In this document: piece by piece, positions 1-8,618 of the stretch
How positions within the stretch are numbered: the stretch's first letter is position 1
Layout of the letters: the number at the start of each line of letters is the position of its first letter
Source of the DNA: a virus
Lineage: Duplodnaviria; Caudoviricetes
Reading direction: 5' to 3' (one strand)
Length of the DNA: 57,453 bases
IMG/VR virus record: IMGVR_UViG_3300031576_000049
Span: 1 to 57,453 of that record
Position numbers and translations under genes: made by a program
The notes under the pieces: generated by a model
What the model was told of the DNA's origin: nothing
The model's input: the letters and a program-made list of their open reading frames with translations, nothing else
Databases searched by the model: none

Positions 1-127
1 CTCAAAGCAATATGTCTTTCAACGTCGGCAACCCTCTGGCGGCGAAAGTTGTCCTGATGAACTTGGCGTCGAGCTTCTGATGAAGCCCGAGATCATCGTC
101 GATCCAGGATGGGCGGGCCGGCACAAC
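1..127. repeat. Terminal direct repeat, copy 1 (identical to 57327..57453)
   Basis: ctcaaagcaatatg...ggccggcacaac recurs exactly at the window end. It cuts through genes, which indicates a circular assembly overlap. Confidence 0.97.
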
Positions 128-802
128 GCCGACCCTGGGTCGGCGTCGCGCATCCTGCGCGGGCAGACGTACAAGAATCTTTCGACGGTGTGCGTGATCC
201 CGACGCGCGGCCTGATCCCGGCGAAAGTCGTCCAATGCTGGATGGCGATGCTGGCGCCGATGAATCAGAAATTTCTGCGCATCTTCGTCATCGGCATGGA
301 GGTCGGCGCGGCCTATAGCCAAGCCGTCGAGATGATCCTTAACCACCCCGAGTTGAAGGATTGGAAATTCCTGCTGACGCTGGAGGAAGATAATATGCCG
401 CCGCCGGACGGCCTGCTCAAGCTGTACGAATCAATTGACGGTCATGACGTGGTCGGCGGCCTGTACTGGACCAAGGGCGAGGGCGGCCAGCCGATGATCT
501 ACGGCGATCCCAGGGCGATCCCGCTGTCATTCGCGCCGCAGCCGCCGCTGCCCGACAGCGTGCAGCCGGCCAACGGCCTGGGCATGGGATTCACGCTGTT
601 CCGGCTGAAACTGTTCAAGGACGGCCGAATCCCGAAGCCCTGGTTCAAGACGCAACAGGAAGTCGTGCCGGGCGCCGGCGTCCGGGTGTACACCCAGGAT
701 CTCTATTTCTTCGAGAACATCCACCGGCTAGGCTACAAGGCCGCCTGCGACACCCGCGTGAAGGTCGGGCACTACGATGTGGAACGCGATATAATCTGGT
801 GA
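80..802 (+). CDS. Glycosyltransferase, GT-A/GT2-like
   Basis: VCVIPTRG first strand, LLTLEEDNM (DxD-like), GMGFTLF, QDLYFF and DTRVKVGH motifs typical of phage GT2-like proteins. ATG overlaps the fibre stop codon (TGATG). Confidence 0.75.
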   Translation: MKPEIIVDPGWAGRHNADPGSASRILRGQTYKNLSTVCVIPTRGLIPAKVVQCWMAMLAPMNQKFLRIFVIGMEVGAAYSQAVEMILNHPELKDWKFLLTLEEDNMPPPDGLLKLYESIDGHDVVGGLYWTKGEGGQPMIYGDPRAIPLSFAPQPPLPDSVQPANGLGMGFTLFRLKLFKDGRIPKPWFKTQQEVVPGAGVRVYTQDLYFFENIHRLGYKAACDTRVKVGHYDVERDIIW

Positions 803-818
803 CGGAGGTGAATAAACA

Positions 819-1085
819 ATGGCGATCAAGGCGTTCGTGACGAATCCTTACACCGATTTGGCGGTGGTTTCCGTGACGGAATTCGACTTGTCCATCGAAT
901 TTCGCGTATTCGACACTGCGACGGGCGCGTCGTACAATTTCACGACCATGGTGCGCCTGGAGTGGGACAACACGCCGGCGCAGATTCGCGTGACGATCGC
1001 CGCGGCGGTTCGGGCGAAAGCCGCGATCGAAGGCTTCACGCTGATGGCGAACGACACGCTGCTTCTGGCCCTGGACAAAGCGTGA
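819..1085 (+). CDS. Hypothetical protein
   Basis: 88-aa ORF with GGAGGT RBS, inside the operon. Confidence 0.75.
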   Translation: MAIKAFVTNPYTDLAVVSVTEFDLSIEFRVFDTATGASYNFTTMVRLEWDNTPAQIRVTIAAAVRAKAAIEGFTLMANDTLLLALDKA

Positions 1086-1093
1086 AGACCGGC

Positions 1094-1732
1094 ATGAAAC
1101 GCGGCTTAAGGGCGAGGCGACGACGGAAACCTCGACCAGCGCCGACGGCGGCCGCGCCGTTGAAGCTGGATTTAGCATGTGGCCAGTCGAAGCAGACCGG
1201 ATTCACCGGCGTGGACATCGCGGCGGTCGCGGGCGTCGATGTCGTCCATGATCTGCTAATCACGCCGTGGCCGTTCGCCGACGAGTCGGTCGAGGAAATC
1301 TTCTGCTCCCACTTCATCGAGCATATACCAATGCCGTGCGCGGCCTGCTCGAACGGTCAGCAGGATCCGTTCTTCCTGTTTTTTGACGAGTTGTGGCGGG
1401 TCTTGAAGGTCGGCAGCAAGGCGTTGATGATCGCGCCGTACTACAAATCGGCGCGGGCCTGGCAGGACCCGACGCACCGCCGGGCGATCAACGAATGGAC
1501 GTTTCTGTATATGAACGAGGAATGGCGCCGGCAGAACAGGCTGGATCACTATAAGGTGCGGGCGAACTTCAACTTCAGCTATGGCTATTCGTTTTCGCCG
1601 GACTGGGCGGCGCGAGCGGAGGAGGCCCGCGGCTTCGCCCTGCGCCACTACATGGATGTGGTGATGGACATCCACACGACGCTCGAAAAAATCCCCCTGC
1701 TGCCGACGGCGGCGCCAACGCCCGAGCCATGA
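1094..1732 (+). CDS. Class I SAM-dependent methyltransferase (Methyltransf_11-like)
   Basis: LDLACG motif I, GVDI, PWPFADESVEEIFCSHFIEHI, ELWRVLK, AWQDPTH. The start could be GTG 1082 or ATG 1094. Confidence 0.85.
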   Translation: MKRGLRARRRRKPRPAPTAAAPLKLDLACGQSKQTGFTGVDIAAVAGVDVVHDLLITPWPFADESVEEIFCSHFIEHIPMPCAACSNGQQDPFFLFFDELWRVLKVGSKALMIAPYYKSARAWQDPTHRRAINEWTFLYMNEEWRRQNRLDHYKVRANFNFSYGYSFSPDWAARAEEARGFALRHYMDVVMDIHTTLEKIPLLPTAAPTPEP

Positions 1733-4149
1733 AGGCTTCGGTCGCCGCCGTCCTGCTTTTTTCGCTGGCGGCGAATACGGCCCATGGCGCGCCGCCAGTC
1801 CTTTCCATTCCCGTCATCGACGGCATTACCCACGCCAGCGCTAGGCTGTCTTGGACGACTGACCTAAACGCCACCACCTGCCTCGACTGGGGGCCGACCA
1901 CCACCTACGGCTCATCGAGTTGTTCGGCGCAACTCAACGCGGTCCGGAATCACGCCTGGCATATTGGTGGCCTGCCGCCAGCAGCCATTACTCATGCCCG
2001 CGTGCGCTCCCGAACGGCCGGGGGAACAGGAGCGAGCTGCACGGGCGACGAAGCCTGCTCGCCCGACCTGGTCTTCACGACATTGCCGCGGCCGACAGTG
2101 CATCCAGCGTTGCCGACACTGCCGGCGACTTTCTCGACGGCCATGCCCGCCATCAACGGCTCTATATTCACGGTCGCGGCTGGCTGCACTGATCTTCAAG
2201 CGAAGATAAACGCTGCCTCTGGTGGCGACGGGAACCTGAATCACGCTGTCCTGATCCCAGCCGGAGCAATCTGCCATGACCAATATACGCTACCTGCGAA
2301 AACTGGCCCCAATGCGGGCGGGCCTGGAGTCATAATCATCCGCCCTACCTCGCCGGACAACGAACTGCCGCCAGAGGGAACCAGAGTGACCCCGGCCTTC
2401 GCCCCGAAGATGGCGACGATACGGACGAACATGATCGCCGCCCGGATGGCGACGACGGCCCCGAGCACCTGCAATCTCGGGGATTTCTGGTGGGACACCG
2501 ACGCCACCTCTTTCGCGCTCTCGAAGGCCACCGCCACAGGTCCTTGCGTCTGGACGCCCATTCCCGCCGCCGGCTCCGGCACAACGGTACCACCGACCTG
2601 CGCTGACGGTGACTGGTTCTACAAGACCGATACACCGCTCCACGATGACCGTCCGTGGTGGTGTTCACCGCCAAGCGGCTATCAGCAAGTGACCTTCCAC
2701 GACGGCAGTCCCTTCGCCCAGTATGCCGCCGTGCGGGCGGCCCCCAACGCCAAAGGCTACCGACTGATGGGACTTATCATCACTCACATCAAGACGCCCG
2801 ACAGCTATGAGGCCCAGTTTGACGCCGCCCCCTCCGCGCAGTTCGGATCCCGCTTAATGTGCCTGCTGGATGTCCCAGACAGTTCCGCCGACATTACGGT
2901 AGACCGAACACACTTCAAGGGACAGCCGCACCCCAGCCGCGTAGGTCTGGCTATGTGCAGCTTCCAGGGCCGGCGGAACGCCATCATCGACTCGCATTTC
3001 TCTGACATCCACAACTGGGTCAACGCCGCCAGCGTCGAGTACACCCCCTCGGCGATCAACATGGATCGCGGACCGGGCCCCTTCAAGATCGTCAATAATT
3101 ACTTTGAGAATTGCCTCGGCATAACCGTGTACCAGACAAACGACTTGGGTACCAGCGCCACATACTCGGAGGATGTGGAGGTCAGCCGCAATCACTTTTT
3201 CACCTCCGATGCTTTCAATTTCGACTCGCCCGTCTCGAACGGTCGGCGGTACTGGCGGCGGCATCACCTGGAGCTGAAACGTGGCCGGCGGTGGCTGATC
3301 GATGGCAACATCTTCGACGGTGGCTGGACCGTCAATCAGAACGGCGCGGCGATTTTGATGCTCGGTCGGCCAGGCGTGCCGTTTCTCGCAACGAATGATA
3401 TCGCGGTCGCCGATATTACGATCCGCAATAACATTTTCCGCAACACTCCCGAGGCGATCCGGGCCTTCGGGCATAGCGACGGCGCCAACCTGACGGGCGA
3501 CGTAAAGACGTTCGAGCGGCTGTTGGTCGAAAATAACCTCGCACAGAACCTCAGCGACCGACGCTCCGGGTGGGGCTGGTTTGATGGCCCAACCGGGGTG
3601 TTTCTCGTGACGGGCGCCGGCATGGAAGACCTGACCGTGCGGCACAATACGGTGTATCGAAGCGAGGGTGTGGCCTTCCGCGCTAGCTTGATGTGGACGC
3701 CCGGCGCGCAACAACCCGAGAAGAACGAGGGCCTAGTGGTGAACGACAACATTTTAACTACAATGGGGGCGGCCTCGGCATTGGCGGGTGTCTGGTTAGG
3801 CAGCATCGCTGAAGGCACCGCCGCGCTCAACAACATGTGGACGGCCGGGGCGGCGCCGAGCTACGCGATGCGGGCGAACGCCATCCTGCGGGCCACGGCC
3901 CCCGCAAATTACCCGGCGGGGAACTTTTGGCCTGCCTCGGAGGCTATGATTGGATTCACGAACGCGGTGGCCGGGGATTTCCGGTTGGCTGCCTCCAGCC
4001 CCTACAAAGGCGCGGCAACGGATGGAACCGACGTGGGCGTCGACGCGCTGAAACTTCCCGTGATGGGCGGTAGTGGTATACTGGGTTTGCAGTGTTCGCC
4101 GACGGTCTACAAAAGTGCCGGGACGGGGCTTTGCACTGTCGTACAATGA
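1729..4149 (+). CDS. Secreted protein: FN3-like domain plus right-handed parallel beta-helix (pectin-lyase-like, possible depolymerase)
   Basis: Signal peptide MKASVAAVLLFSLAANTAHG; FN3-like LSWTTD...WGPTTTYG; repeated IxNNxF strands; C-terminal GDFRLAASSPYKGAATDGTDVG. Confidence 0.7.
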   Translation: MKASVAAVLLFSLAANTAHGAPPVLSIPVIDGITHASARLSWTTDLNATTCLDWGPTTTYGSSSCSAQLNAVRNHAWHIGGLPPAAITHARVRSRTAGGTGASCTGDEACSPDLVFTTLPRPTVHPALPTLPATFSTAMPAINGSIFTVAAGCTDLQAKINAASGGDGNLNHAVLIPAGAICHDQYTLPAKTGPNAGGPGVIIIRPTSPDNELPPEGTRVTPAFAPKMATIRTNMIAARMATTAPSTCNLGDFWWDTDATSFALSKATATGPCVWTPIPAAGSGTTVPPTCADGDWFYKTDTPLHDDRPWWCSPPSGYQQVTFHDGSPFAQYAAVRAAPNAKGYRLMGLIITHIKTPDSYEAQFDAAPSAQFGSRLMCLLDVPDSSADITVDRTHFKGQPHPSRVGLAMCSFQGRRNAIIDSHFSDIHNWVNAASVEYTPSAINMDRGPGPFKIVNNYFENCLGITVYQTNDLGTSATYSEDVEVSRNHFFTSDAFNFDSPVSNGRRYWRRHHLELKRGRRWLIDGNIFDGGWTVNQNGAAILMLGRPGVPFLATNDIAVADITIRNNIFRNTPEAIRAFGHSDGANLTGDVKTFERLLVENNLAQNLSDRRSGWGWFDGPTGVFLVTGAGMEDLTVRHNTVYRSEGVAFRASLMWTPGAQQPEKNEGLVVNDNILTTMGAASALAGVWLGSIAEGTAALNNMWTAGAAPSYAMRANAILRATAPANYPAGNFWPASEAMIGFTNAVAGDFRLAASSPYKGAATDGTDVGVDALKLPVMGGSGILGLQCSPTVYKSAGTGLCTVVQ

Positions 4150-4805
4150 AATCTATGAAAACCAAAACCGCGTACGTCCTGTCGAATGGCTCCACTCTGT
4201 GGCAAGGGGAAGGCAAAGAGGCTGCTTGGGGTGGCTGGCCCCGGTTCAGCCGCCGAGTGTGGCGAAATCTCAGGTTGTGCGTGACGCTCGCTGCTTTGGC
4301 CATTGCATTGACGGTATCCGCGGCCGAGGCACAAACGGTGGTGGCGCTCACCTCCGACAACCCGGCGGTCGTCGTGCCGCCGTCAGTCGTGATTCCGGTG
4401 GGGGCAACGACCATGAACTTCCCCATCTCGGTCGGTACAGTCGTTGTTGACCAGGCAGTGGTCATAACGGCGACGGCGGGCGGAGCGACGGCGACCATCA
4501 CGCTACAGCTGGTGGCGGCCCGTAAGCCGACCAGCCTAACCTGCGCGCCGACGACGCTGGGCGAGGGCCAGACCGGCGCTTGTAGCGTGACTTTAAACCT
4601 GCCAGCGGTGGCGGCGACTCCGGTAATCGTGGCCAGTTCCAGTCCAGCCTTGCACGCGCCGGCGGCGGTGACCGTGGCCGGTGGAAGCCAGACGGCGGCC
4701 TTTGGCGTCTTGGCTTCGGGCGTCTTGCGCAATGAAAATGCCACCATCATGGTGATGCTCGGCGGAACGGCCGAAGGGGCGAAAATTCGCCTGAGAAAAC
4801 CATGA
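4146..4805 (+). CDS. Ig-like repeat protein with signal peptide
   Basis: Two beta-rich repeats (VALTSDNPAVVVPPSVVIPVG / IVASSSPALHAPAAVTVAGG); hydrophobic N-terminus ending in AEA. Confidence 0.6.
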   Translation: MKSMKTKTAYVLSNGSTLWQGEGKEAAWGGWPRFSRRVWRNLRLCVTLAALAIALTVSAAEAQTVVALTSDNPAVVVPPSVVIPVGATTMNFPISVGTVVVDQAVVITATAGGATATITLQLVAARKPTSLTCAPTTLGEGQTGACSVTLNLPAVAATPVIVASSSPALHAPAAVTVAGGSQTAAFGVLASGVLRNENATIMVMLGGTAEGAKIRLRKP

Positions 4806-4823
4806 GGGGCGGGGGCGCTTTGA

Positions 4824-4965
4824 AGCCGGGTTAGTCCGCTAAATCTCGGAGTAGCCAAGGGCGGCAAGGCTAGGGCCAACGTACTCACGTCTGATGAACG
4901 AAAAGAGATCGCCCGGAAGGCGGTGATGGCGCGGTGGGCCAAGGCCGGGAAGAAGCCAGCGAACC
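4824..4965 (+). pseudogene. Start-less fragment of a small basic 'GGKARA...IARKA..ARW' protein
   Basis: Frame reads KGGKARANVLTSDERKEIARKAVMARWAK after an in-frame TGA at 4821, with no start codon before the motif. Confidence 0.55.
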
Positions 4966-5039
4966 CCGCCGAGCAAGTATCGAACGACCTGGCCGAAATC
5001 GTAATCGAAACGGTTCATCTCCACGCTAAAGCACCACTA

Positions 5040-5624
5040 CTATTCGGAGATGCGCTGCAACCACAGGTTCAATTCGTGCTCATGGCCGGCCAGCGGACGC
5101 TCTTGGCTCTCGCCTGATCCGGCCCGTTCCGCGTAGAAGCTGACGCCATCGAGGGAATCGACGTAAACCTCAATGTTGATGCCCTTGGTGTGCCACTCGA
5201 ACTGAATTCCTCCCCGTACGGTCGGCACAATAATCGGGGGCGGCGTGGTCGGCTCCAGGAACTCGGCCAATAGTCGGATTGCCCGGATGGCATTCCGCGG
5301 CTCAATCGGCTTCGCGGAGTAGGAGTTCCACCCCGGGGGAAGCCCGAGCACGTCAACGACTCCTTGCACGCTCTTCATGAAGGCCTGGGGCATCGGGCCG
5401 CTGCCCTGAATGTCCAACGAAAACTCCGGCCTGCGGATCATGATCGTGTGCAACGTTGGCGTGGCCTGCTCCACCGCCGCTGTTATAACCTCAGGCCGAG
5501 CCAATACGTCCGGCAACGTTGACGTCGAAACCCAGGGCTCGAACTGAAGCGACAAGACCGCTTCGGCCACCGGCGGCTTCCGGAAATCGGGCAGGTTTGC
5601 GGGCCTAGCCGGCGTCAGGGCCAT
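5040..5624 (-). CDS. Hypothetical protein, possibly a TIGR04255-like N-terminus fused to an unrelated domain
   Basis: N-terminal LPDFRKPPVAEAVLSLQFEP; C-terminal LPPGWNSYSAKPI...VPTVRGGIQFEWH. Confidence 0.5.
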   Translation of the reverse strand: MALTPARPANLPDFRKPPVAEAVLSLQFEPWVSTSTLPDVLARPEVITAAVEQATPTLHTIMIRRPEFSLDIQGSGPMPQAFMKSVQGVVDVLGLPPGWNSYSAKPIEPRNAIRAIRLLAEFLEPTTPPPIIVPTVRGGIQFEWHTKGINIEVYVDSLDGVSFYAERAGSGESQERPLAGHEHELNLWLQRISE

Positions 5625-5825
5625 AGTCCAAACATTCTGTTATCGCTTCTGTTTCAATGTATCATGAAGCCGGCGTCGCAAGCGGGTTGCTGGGCAAATC
5701 TGTGTGGCTGCTGGGTGGCGGGCGGGACCGTTAGCCGGTCAACAAGTGGCGATCGAGAGTATTTACGTATGCGATCCGGCCCGAGTCCATCGAGGAGGTG
5801 CGGCAAGCTTTGAACAGCCACACCT

Positions 5826-5864
5826 GAAAAACGAAAGGGCCGCCTAGTTAAGCGCGGCCCTTTC
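5826..5864 (-). terminator. Rho-independent terminator
   Basis: 11-bp stem GAAAGGGCCGC/GCGGCCCTTTC followed on the minus strand by GTTTTT. Confidence 0.75.
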
Positions 5865-5882
5865 AAAGCAATTTGCGCTTCA

Positions 5883-5957
5883 GGGGGTGAACGCGGGTTC
5901 CGGCCAGCCCTAATCAAGCTCACGCCGGGCGGGTTCGATTCCCCGCCGCCTCCACCA
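5883..5957 (+). ncRNA. tmRNA-like tRNA-domain-only element (75 nt)
   Basis: Acceptor stem GGGGGTG/CGCCTCC with G3:U70, ACCA end, T-arm GCGGG-TTCGATT-(C)CCCGC, stemless D-loop, short CCGGC/GCCGG helix; no canonical anticodon arm. Confidence 0.55.
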
Positions 5958-5994
5958 CCGAGTGAACCTCTTGCTCAGGGAGGCTCTACGTGTT

Positions 5995-6024
5995 TTTATA
6001 CCATATCAGGGGACCACCAGTCAA
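5995..6024 (-). promoter_or_regulatory. Sigma70-type promoter firing antisense to the tRNA-like element
   Basis: TTGACT-N18-TATAAA with extended -10 (TGG TATAAA). Confidence 0.65.
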
Positions 6025-6047
6025 GGGCAAGTTTAGGACACTGCCTG

Positions 6048-6077
6048 TTGACCGGCGGTCCGCGATTGTGGTAACGT
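6048..6077 (+). promoter_or_regulatory. Sigma70-type promoter for terS
   Basis: TTGACC-N18-TAACGT with TGn extension, divergent from the 5995..6024 promoter. Confidence 0.5.
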
Positions 6078-6118
6078 CTATGTAGCCTTGTCACCTTTAA
6101 GGAACGGGCGGAAACAGT

Positions 6119-6682
6119 ATGTATGGGCCGGAGGTAGTGCCGGGGAAAATCGTCAGCAAATTGAGGCACGTCAAGAAGCGCGTCTTCCTGAAAGCGTTTG
6201 TCGAGGCCGGAACTTTACTGGGCGCCGAGCGATTAAGTAAGATCAGCCGGGACCATCATTACTACGAATGGCGGCATGATCCAGAATATATGGCGGCATT
6301 TGAGGATGCGAAGGAACAGGCGATCCAGCGCCTGGAAACAGCGTTGCGGAAGCGGGCGATCGAGCGGAGTGACACAGCGGCGATCTTTTTATTGAAGGCG
6401 GCGCGGCCGGAAATCTATCGAGATGTGATTTTAGGACAGAACAATATGCCGCCGGTGAACGTAAATGTCGGGCTTTTAATCGGGTTTCCGAAGTCGCCAG
6501 ACGCCAAGCCGAGGGAATTACCGGCAGCGCCCGGCATGTTTCCGGCAAACGTGGCGAGTTCTATCAAAATGGTTGAGAATCCGGCGAATGCCGGTGAATT
6601 ACCGCCAGCCGGGTTGTCGGCGAAGGGGAGGCGGCGTCCGGCGACGCGGAAGGCGCGGCGGAGGCGGAAGCACCCTGCTTGA
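6119..6682 (+). CDS. terS: Probable terminase small subunit (HTH)
   Basis: KKRVFLKAF...YYEWRHDPEYMAAFEDAKEQAIQRLETALRKRA...SDTAAIFLLKAARPEIYRD, a pattern typical of TerS. Confidence 0.7.
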   Translation: MYGPEVVPGKIVSKLRHVKKRVFLKAFVEAGTLLGAERLSKISRDHHYYEWRHDPEYMAAFEDAKEQAIQRLETALRKRAIERSDTAAIFLLKAARPEIYRDVILGQNNMPPVNVNVGLLIGFPKSPDAKPRELPAAPGMFPANVASSIKMVENPANAGELPPAGLSAKGRRRPATRKARRRRKHPA

Positions 6683-6827
6683 CGGCGGAATCCACTTCGT
6701 CCTGGTCGAACAGCAGGCGGCGGCCGAGGCGGTGGGTAGGCAGGATGCCCTGATGGCTGAGTCGGCGGAGGGTGGTTTTGGAGGTCTTCAGGTAGACCGC
6801 CAGCTCGCCCAGGGTAAGCCAGGTCAC
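6564..6827 (-). CDS. Excisionase-family HTH (HTH_17) DNA-binding protein
   Basis: WLTLGELAVYLKTSKTTLRRL...GILPTHRLGRRLLFDQDEVD. Confidence 0.85.
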   Translation of the reverse strand: MTWLTLGELAVYLKTSKTTLRRLSHQGILPTHRLGRRLLFDQDEVDSAVKQGASASAAPSASPDAASPSPTTRLAVIHRHSPDSQPF

Positions 6828-7159
6828 GGCAACAATCCCATGTCTGTGAGGCGTCGGACATCGTAGTCGGCAGCGTCGGCCAGTTCGATTGGCGGATCCT
6901 TGGCCGAGTCCGAGTCGTCGGTGGCTGGTGGCTGGGCCGCAAGCGGCGGCTCGTCGTCGGCCGGCGGATCCAGTTCCTCATGCTCGAAGGGGCCGGCACC
7001 GCAATTCCGGCAACAAAACCCCTCGGCGTAATCGTCCACCTCGTCTTCCTGGGCGAAACCCCAGGGCAGGCGCGCGCGGGCGGCGGCGGCAACGGGCCAC
7101 ATACGCCAGTCCAGGTCCGGGGAACCACATTCGGGACAGGTTCCTTGCTGCTGCGTCAT
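6824..7159 (-). CDS. Hypothetical Zn-ribbon protein
   Basis: CPECGS...CRNCG; GGAGG RBS before ATG 7159. Confidence 0.65.
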   Translation of the reverse strand: MTQQQGTCPECGSPDLDWRMWPVAAAARARLPWGFAQEDEVDDYAEGFCCRNCGAGPFEHEELDPPADDEPPLAAQPPATDDSDSAKDPPIELADAADYDVRRLTDMGLLP

Positions 7160-7222
7160 GGTATTTTCCTCCACGGGATTTGACACTAGCACAAACTCAC
7201 GGCGAACCGCAGGTGATGCAGG

Positions 7223-7462
7223 TCATGGTTTACCCTCCTTGCCGACGGCACCGACGGTTGGCGCGTCGGGCGCGGCCGCGGTTGGGTCGGCGGGTTCGGC
7301 CGCGGGGATAGGTGATACGCGGGACGCCCAGACCCAGACCACGCCGGAGCCGGCGACGGGCGTGACCTGAAGGCGTCGGCGGCCGTAGGTGGTTTTAACG
7401 GCCAGCACTCGGCAAGCGAAGGTCAACCCGCCGTAGTTCAGGGCGATTCTAAGTTCGGTCAT
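7223..7462 (-). CDS. Hypothetical protein
   Basis: 79-aa ORF in the co-oriented early gene array. Confidence 0.55.
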   Translation of the reverse strand: MTELRIALNYGGLTFACRVLAVKTTYGRRRLQVTPVAGSGVVWVWASRVSPIPAAEPADPTAAAPDAPTVGAVGKEGKP

Positions 7463-7486
7463 GGTTCGGCCTGCCTTACCACAAAA

Positions 7487-7882
7487 TTACTCTCCTGTGG
7501 TGATAAGATGCTCAATCCGCAGTACGACCACGCGGGCGAACCCTGGGGTCCCTTCGTCATAGTATGACCCTCGGGTTGCCAAAGGCAACATATGCTGGAA
7601 CCGCTCGGGCCAGGCTGCCACCTCGAACAGCGTTTCGCCCTCATCGACCGTCAGTCCGAGGTTCCTCCGTGCTTGCTCCCGCACCTGAGACAGGTTTGGG
7701 TCCCCCCCGAACAACAGAACAGCCCACCCGGCGATACAGGCTGCCGTGCCGCAAGGCGGAAAATCGTACGACTTAAAACTGGGGACGTTTTCGTCCTTAC
7801 GGACGTAGTACGAGGCCATGATACACCGACGCGGATCCTCCAATATGTGTGTGGTGATCCGCCGCAGTAATTCCACGTTCAT
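7487..7882 (-). CDS. Hypothetical protein, CGxxACxAG family copy 1
   Basis: MNVELLRRITTHILEDP...CGTAACIAGWA; GGAGG RBS. Confidence 0.8.
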   Translation of the reverse strand: MNVELLRRITTHILEDPRRCIMASYYVRKDENVPSFKSYDFPPCGTAACIAGWAVLLFGGDPNLSQVREQARRNLGLTVDEGETLFEVAAWPERFQHMLPLATRGSYYDEGTPGFARVVVLRIEHLITTGE

Positions 7883-8262
7883 GTTTGTTCCCTCCTTTCC
7901 CACAACTGCGGAGATTCCAGGGCGTCCAAAACCATACCCGCAACACGCGCCCGTTGCTTTGCGCTCTTCGCCGCGTTCCACATTACGAGGAACTTCTTAG
8001 GCCAGCTGTTTAGGAAACATGCTTTGTCCGCCAAACTGTAATCGATCTGGAGCTCCCGAGCAAACGAAAATACGTTGACCACATCGTGCTTGCTCCCTCC
8101 GGCTAATATGTGTGCCCACCCCGCAAAGCAGCCAATGGTACCACAACTCGGGCGTTGCTCGGGGCGAACATGACGTAAACTGGTAAACCAATTGTGTATG
8201 TCCAGCCGCTTTGGCTCTTCGAGGATGTGGGCCTTGATTCGATTCTTCAATTCTACGTTCAT
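7879..8262 (-). CDS. Hypothetical protein, CGxxACxAG family copy 2
   Basis: MNVELKNRIKAHILEEP...CGTIGCFAGWA; AAGGAG RBS. Confidence 0.8.
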   Translation of the reverse strand: MNVELKNRIKAHILEEPKRLDIHNWFTSLRHVRPEQRPSCGTIGCFAGWAHILAGGSKHDVVNVFSFARELQIDYSLADKACFLNSWPKKFLVMWNAAKSAKQRARVAGMVLDALESPQLWERREQT

Positions 8263-8351
8263 GGGTTTTCTCCTTTTGAACTCAAGAAGTAGTGAACTCG
8301 TACCACCGTGGTCGGTGAGAACCATGTCGGTTGTCAAGTGAAATCGAAACT

Positions 8352-8618
8352 TCATCTTGATTCTTCATGTCTGCTCCTAGCGGCCACAGCGAGATTGCAG
8401 GCGAACCCGGCGAGCGCCCGGACGAACGCTGCCTCTCCGACCTCTCTGGTCTTGTGCCGCAAGCGGGCCGCGCTCTTGATGTGGATCTTTCGATCCGTGG
8501 CGGTGTTGACCCCGCACCAGCCACCGTAGGGTGACTCATAGGTGATTCGGACGCGGGCGAGCTTGCCGCTGACCTTGACGATGTAGGTGGCTCCAATTTC
8601 GACTTGAGATTTCTTCAT
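8352..8618 (-). CDS. Small basic protein, paralog of 9019..9378
   Basis: [34 protein letters not shown]. Confidence 0.75.
   Translation of the reverse strand: MKKSQVEIGATYIVKVSGKLARVRITYESPYGGWCGVNTATDRKIHIKSAARLRHKTREVGEAAFVRALAGFACNLAVAARSRHEESR

Noticed and set aside
1-127. Terminal repeat as a biological direct terminal repeat
   Set aside because: The 127-nt length matches a common assembler k-mer, and the repeat cuts through two coupled genes.
5803-5847. ASFEQPHLKNERAA* as a tmRNA tag frame with its stop in a hairpin loop
   Set aside because: It lies outside and upstream of the tRNA-like domain, unlike standard or permuted tmRNA. The hairpin is adequately explained as a minus-strand terminator.
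5925-5957. attP core
   Set aside because: No integrase was found and both tmRNA-like ends are present. It cannot be fully excluded as a relic.
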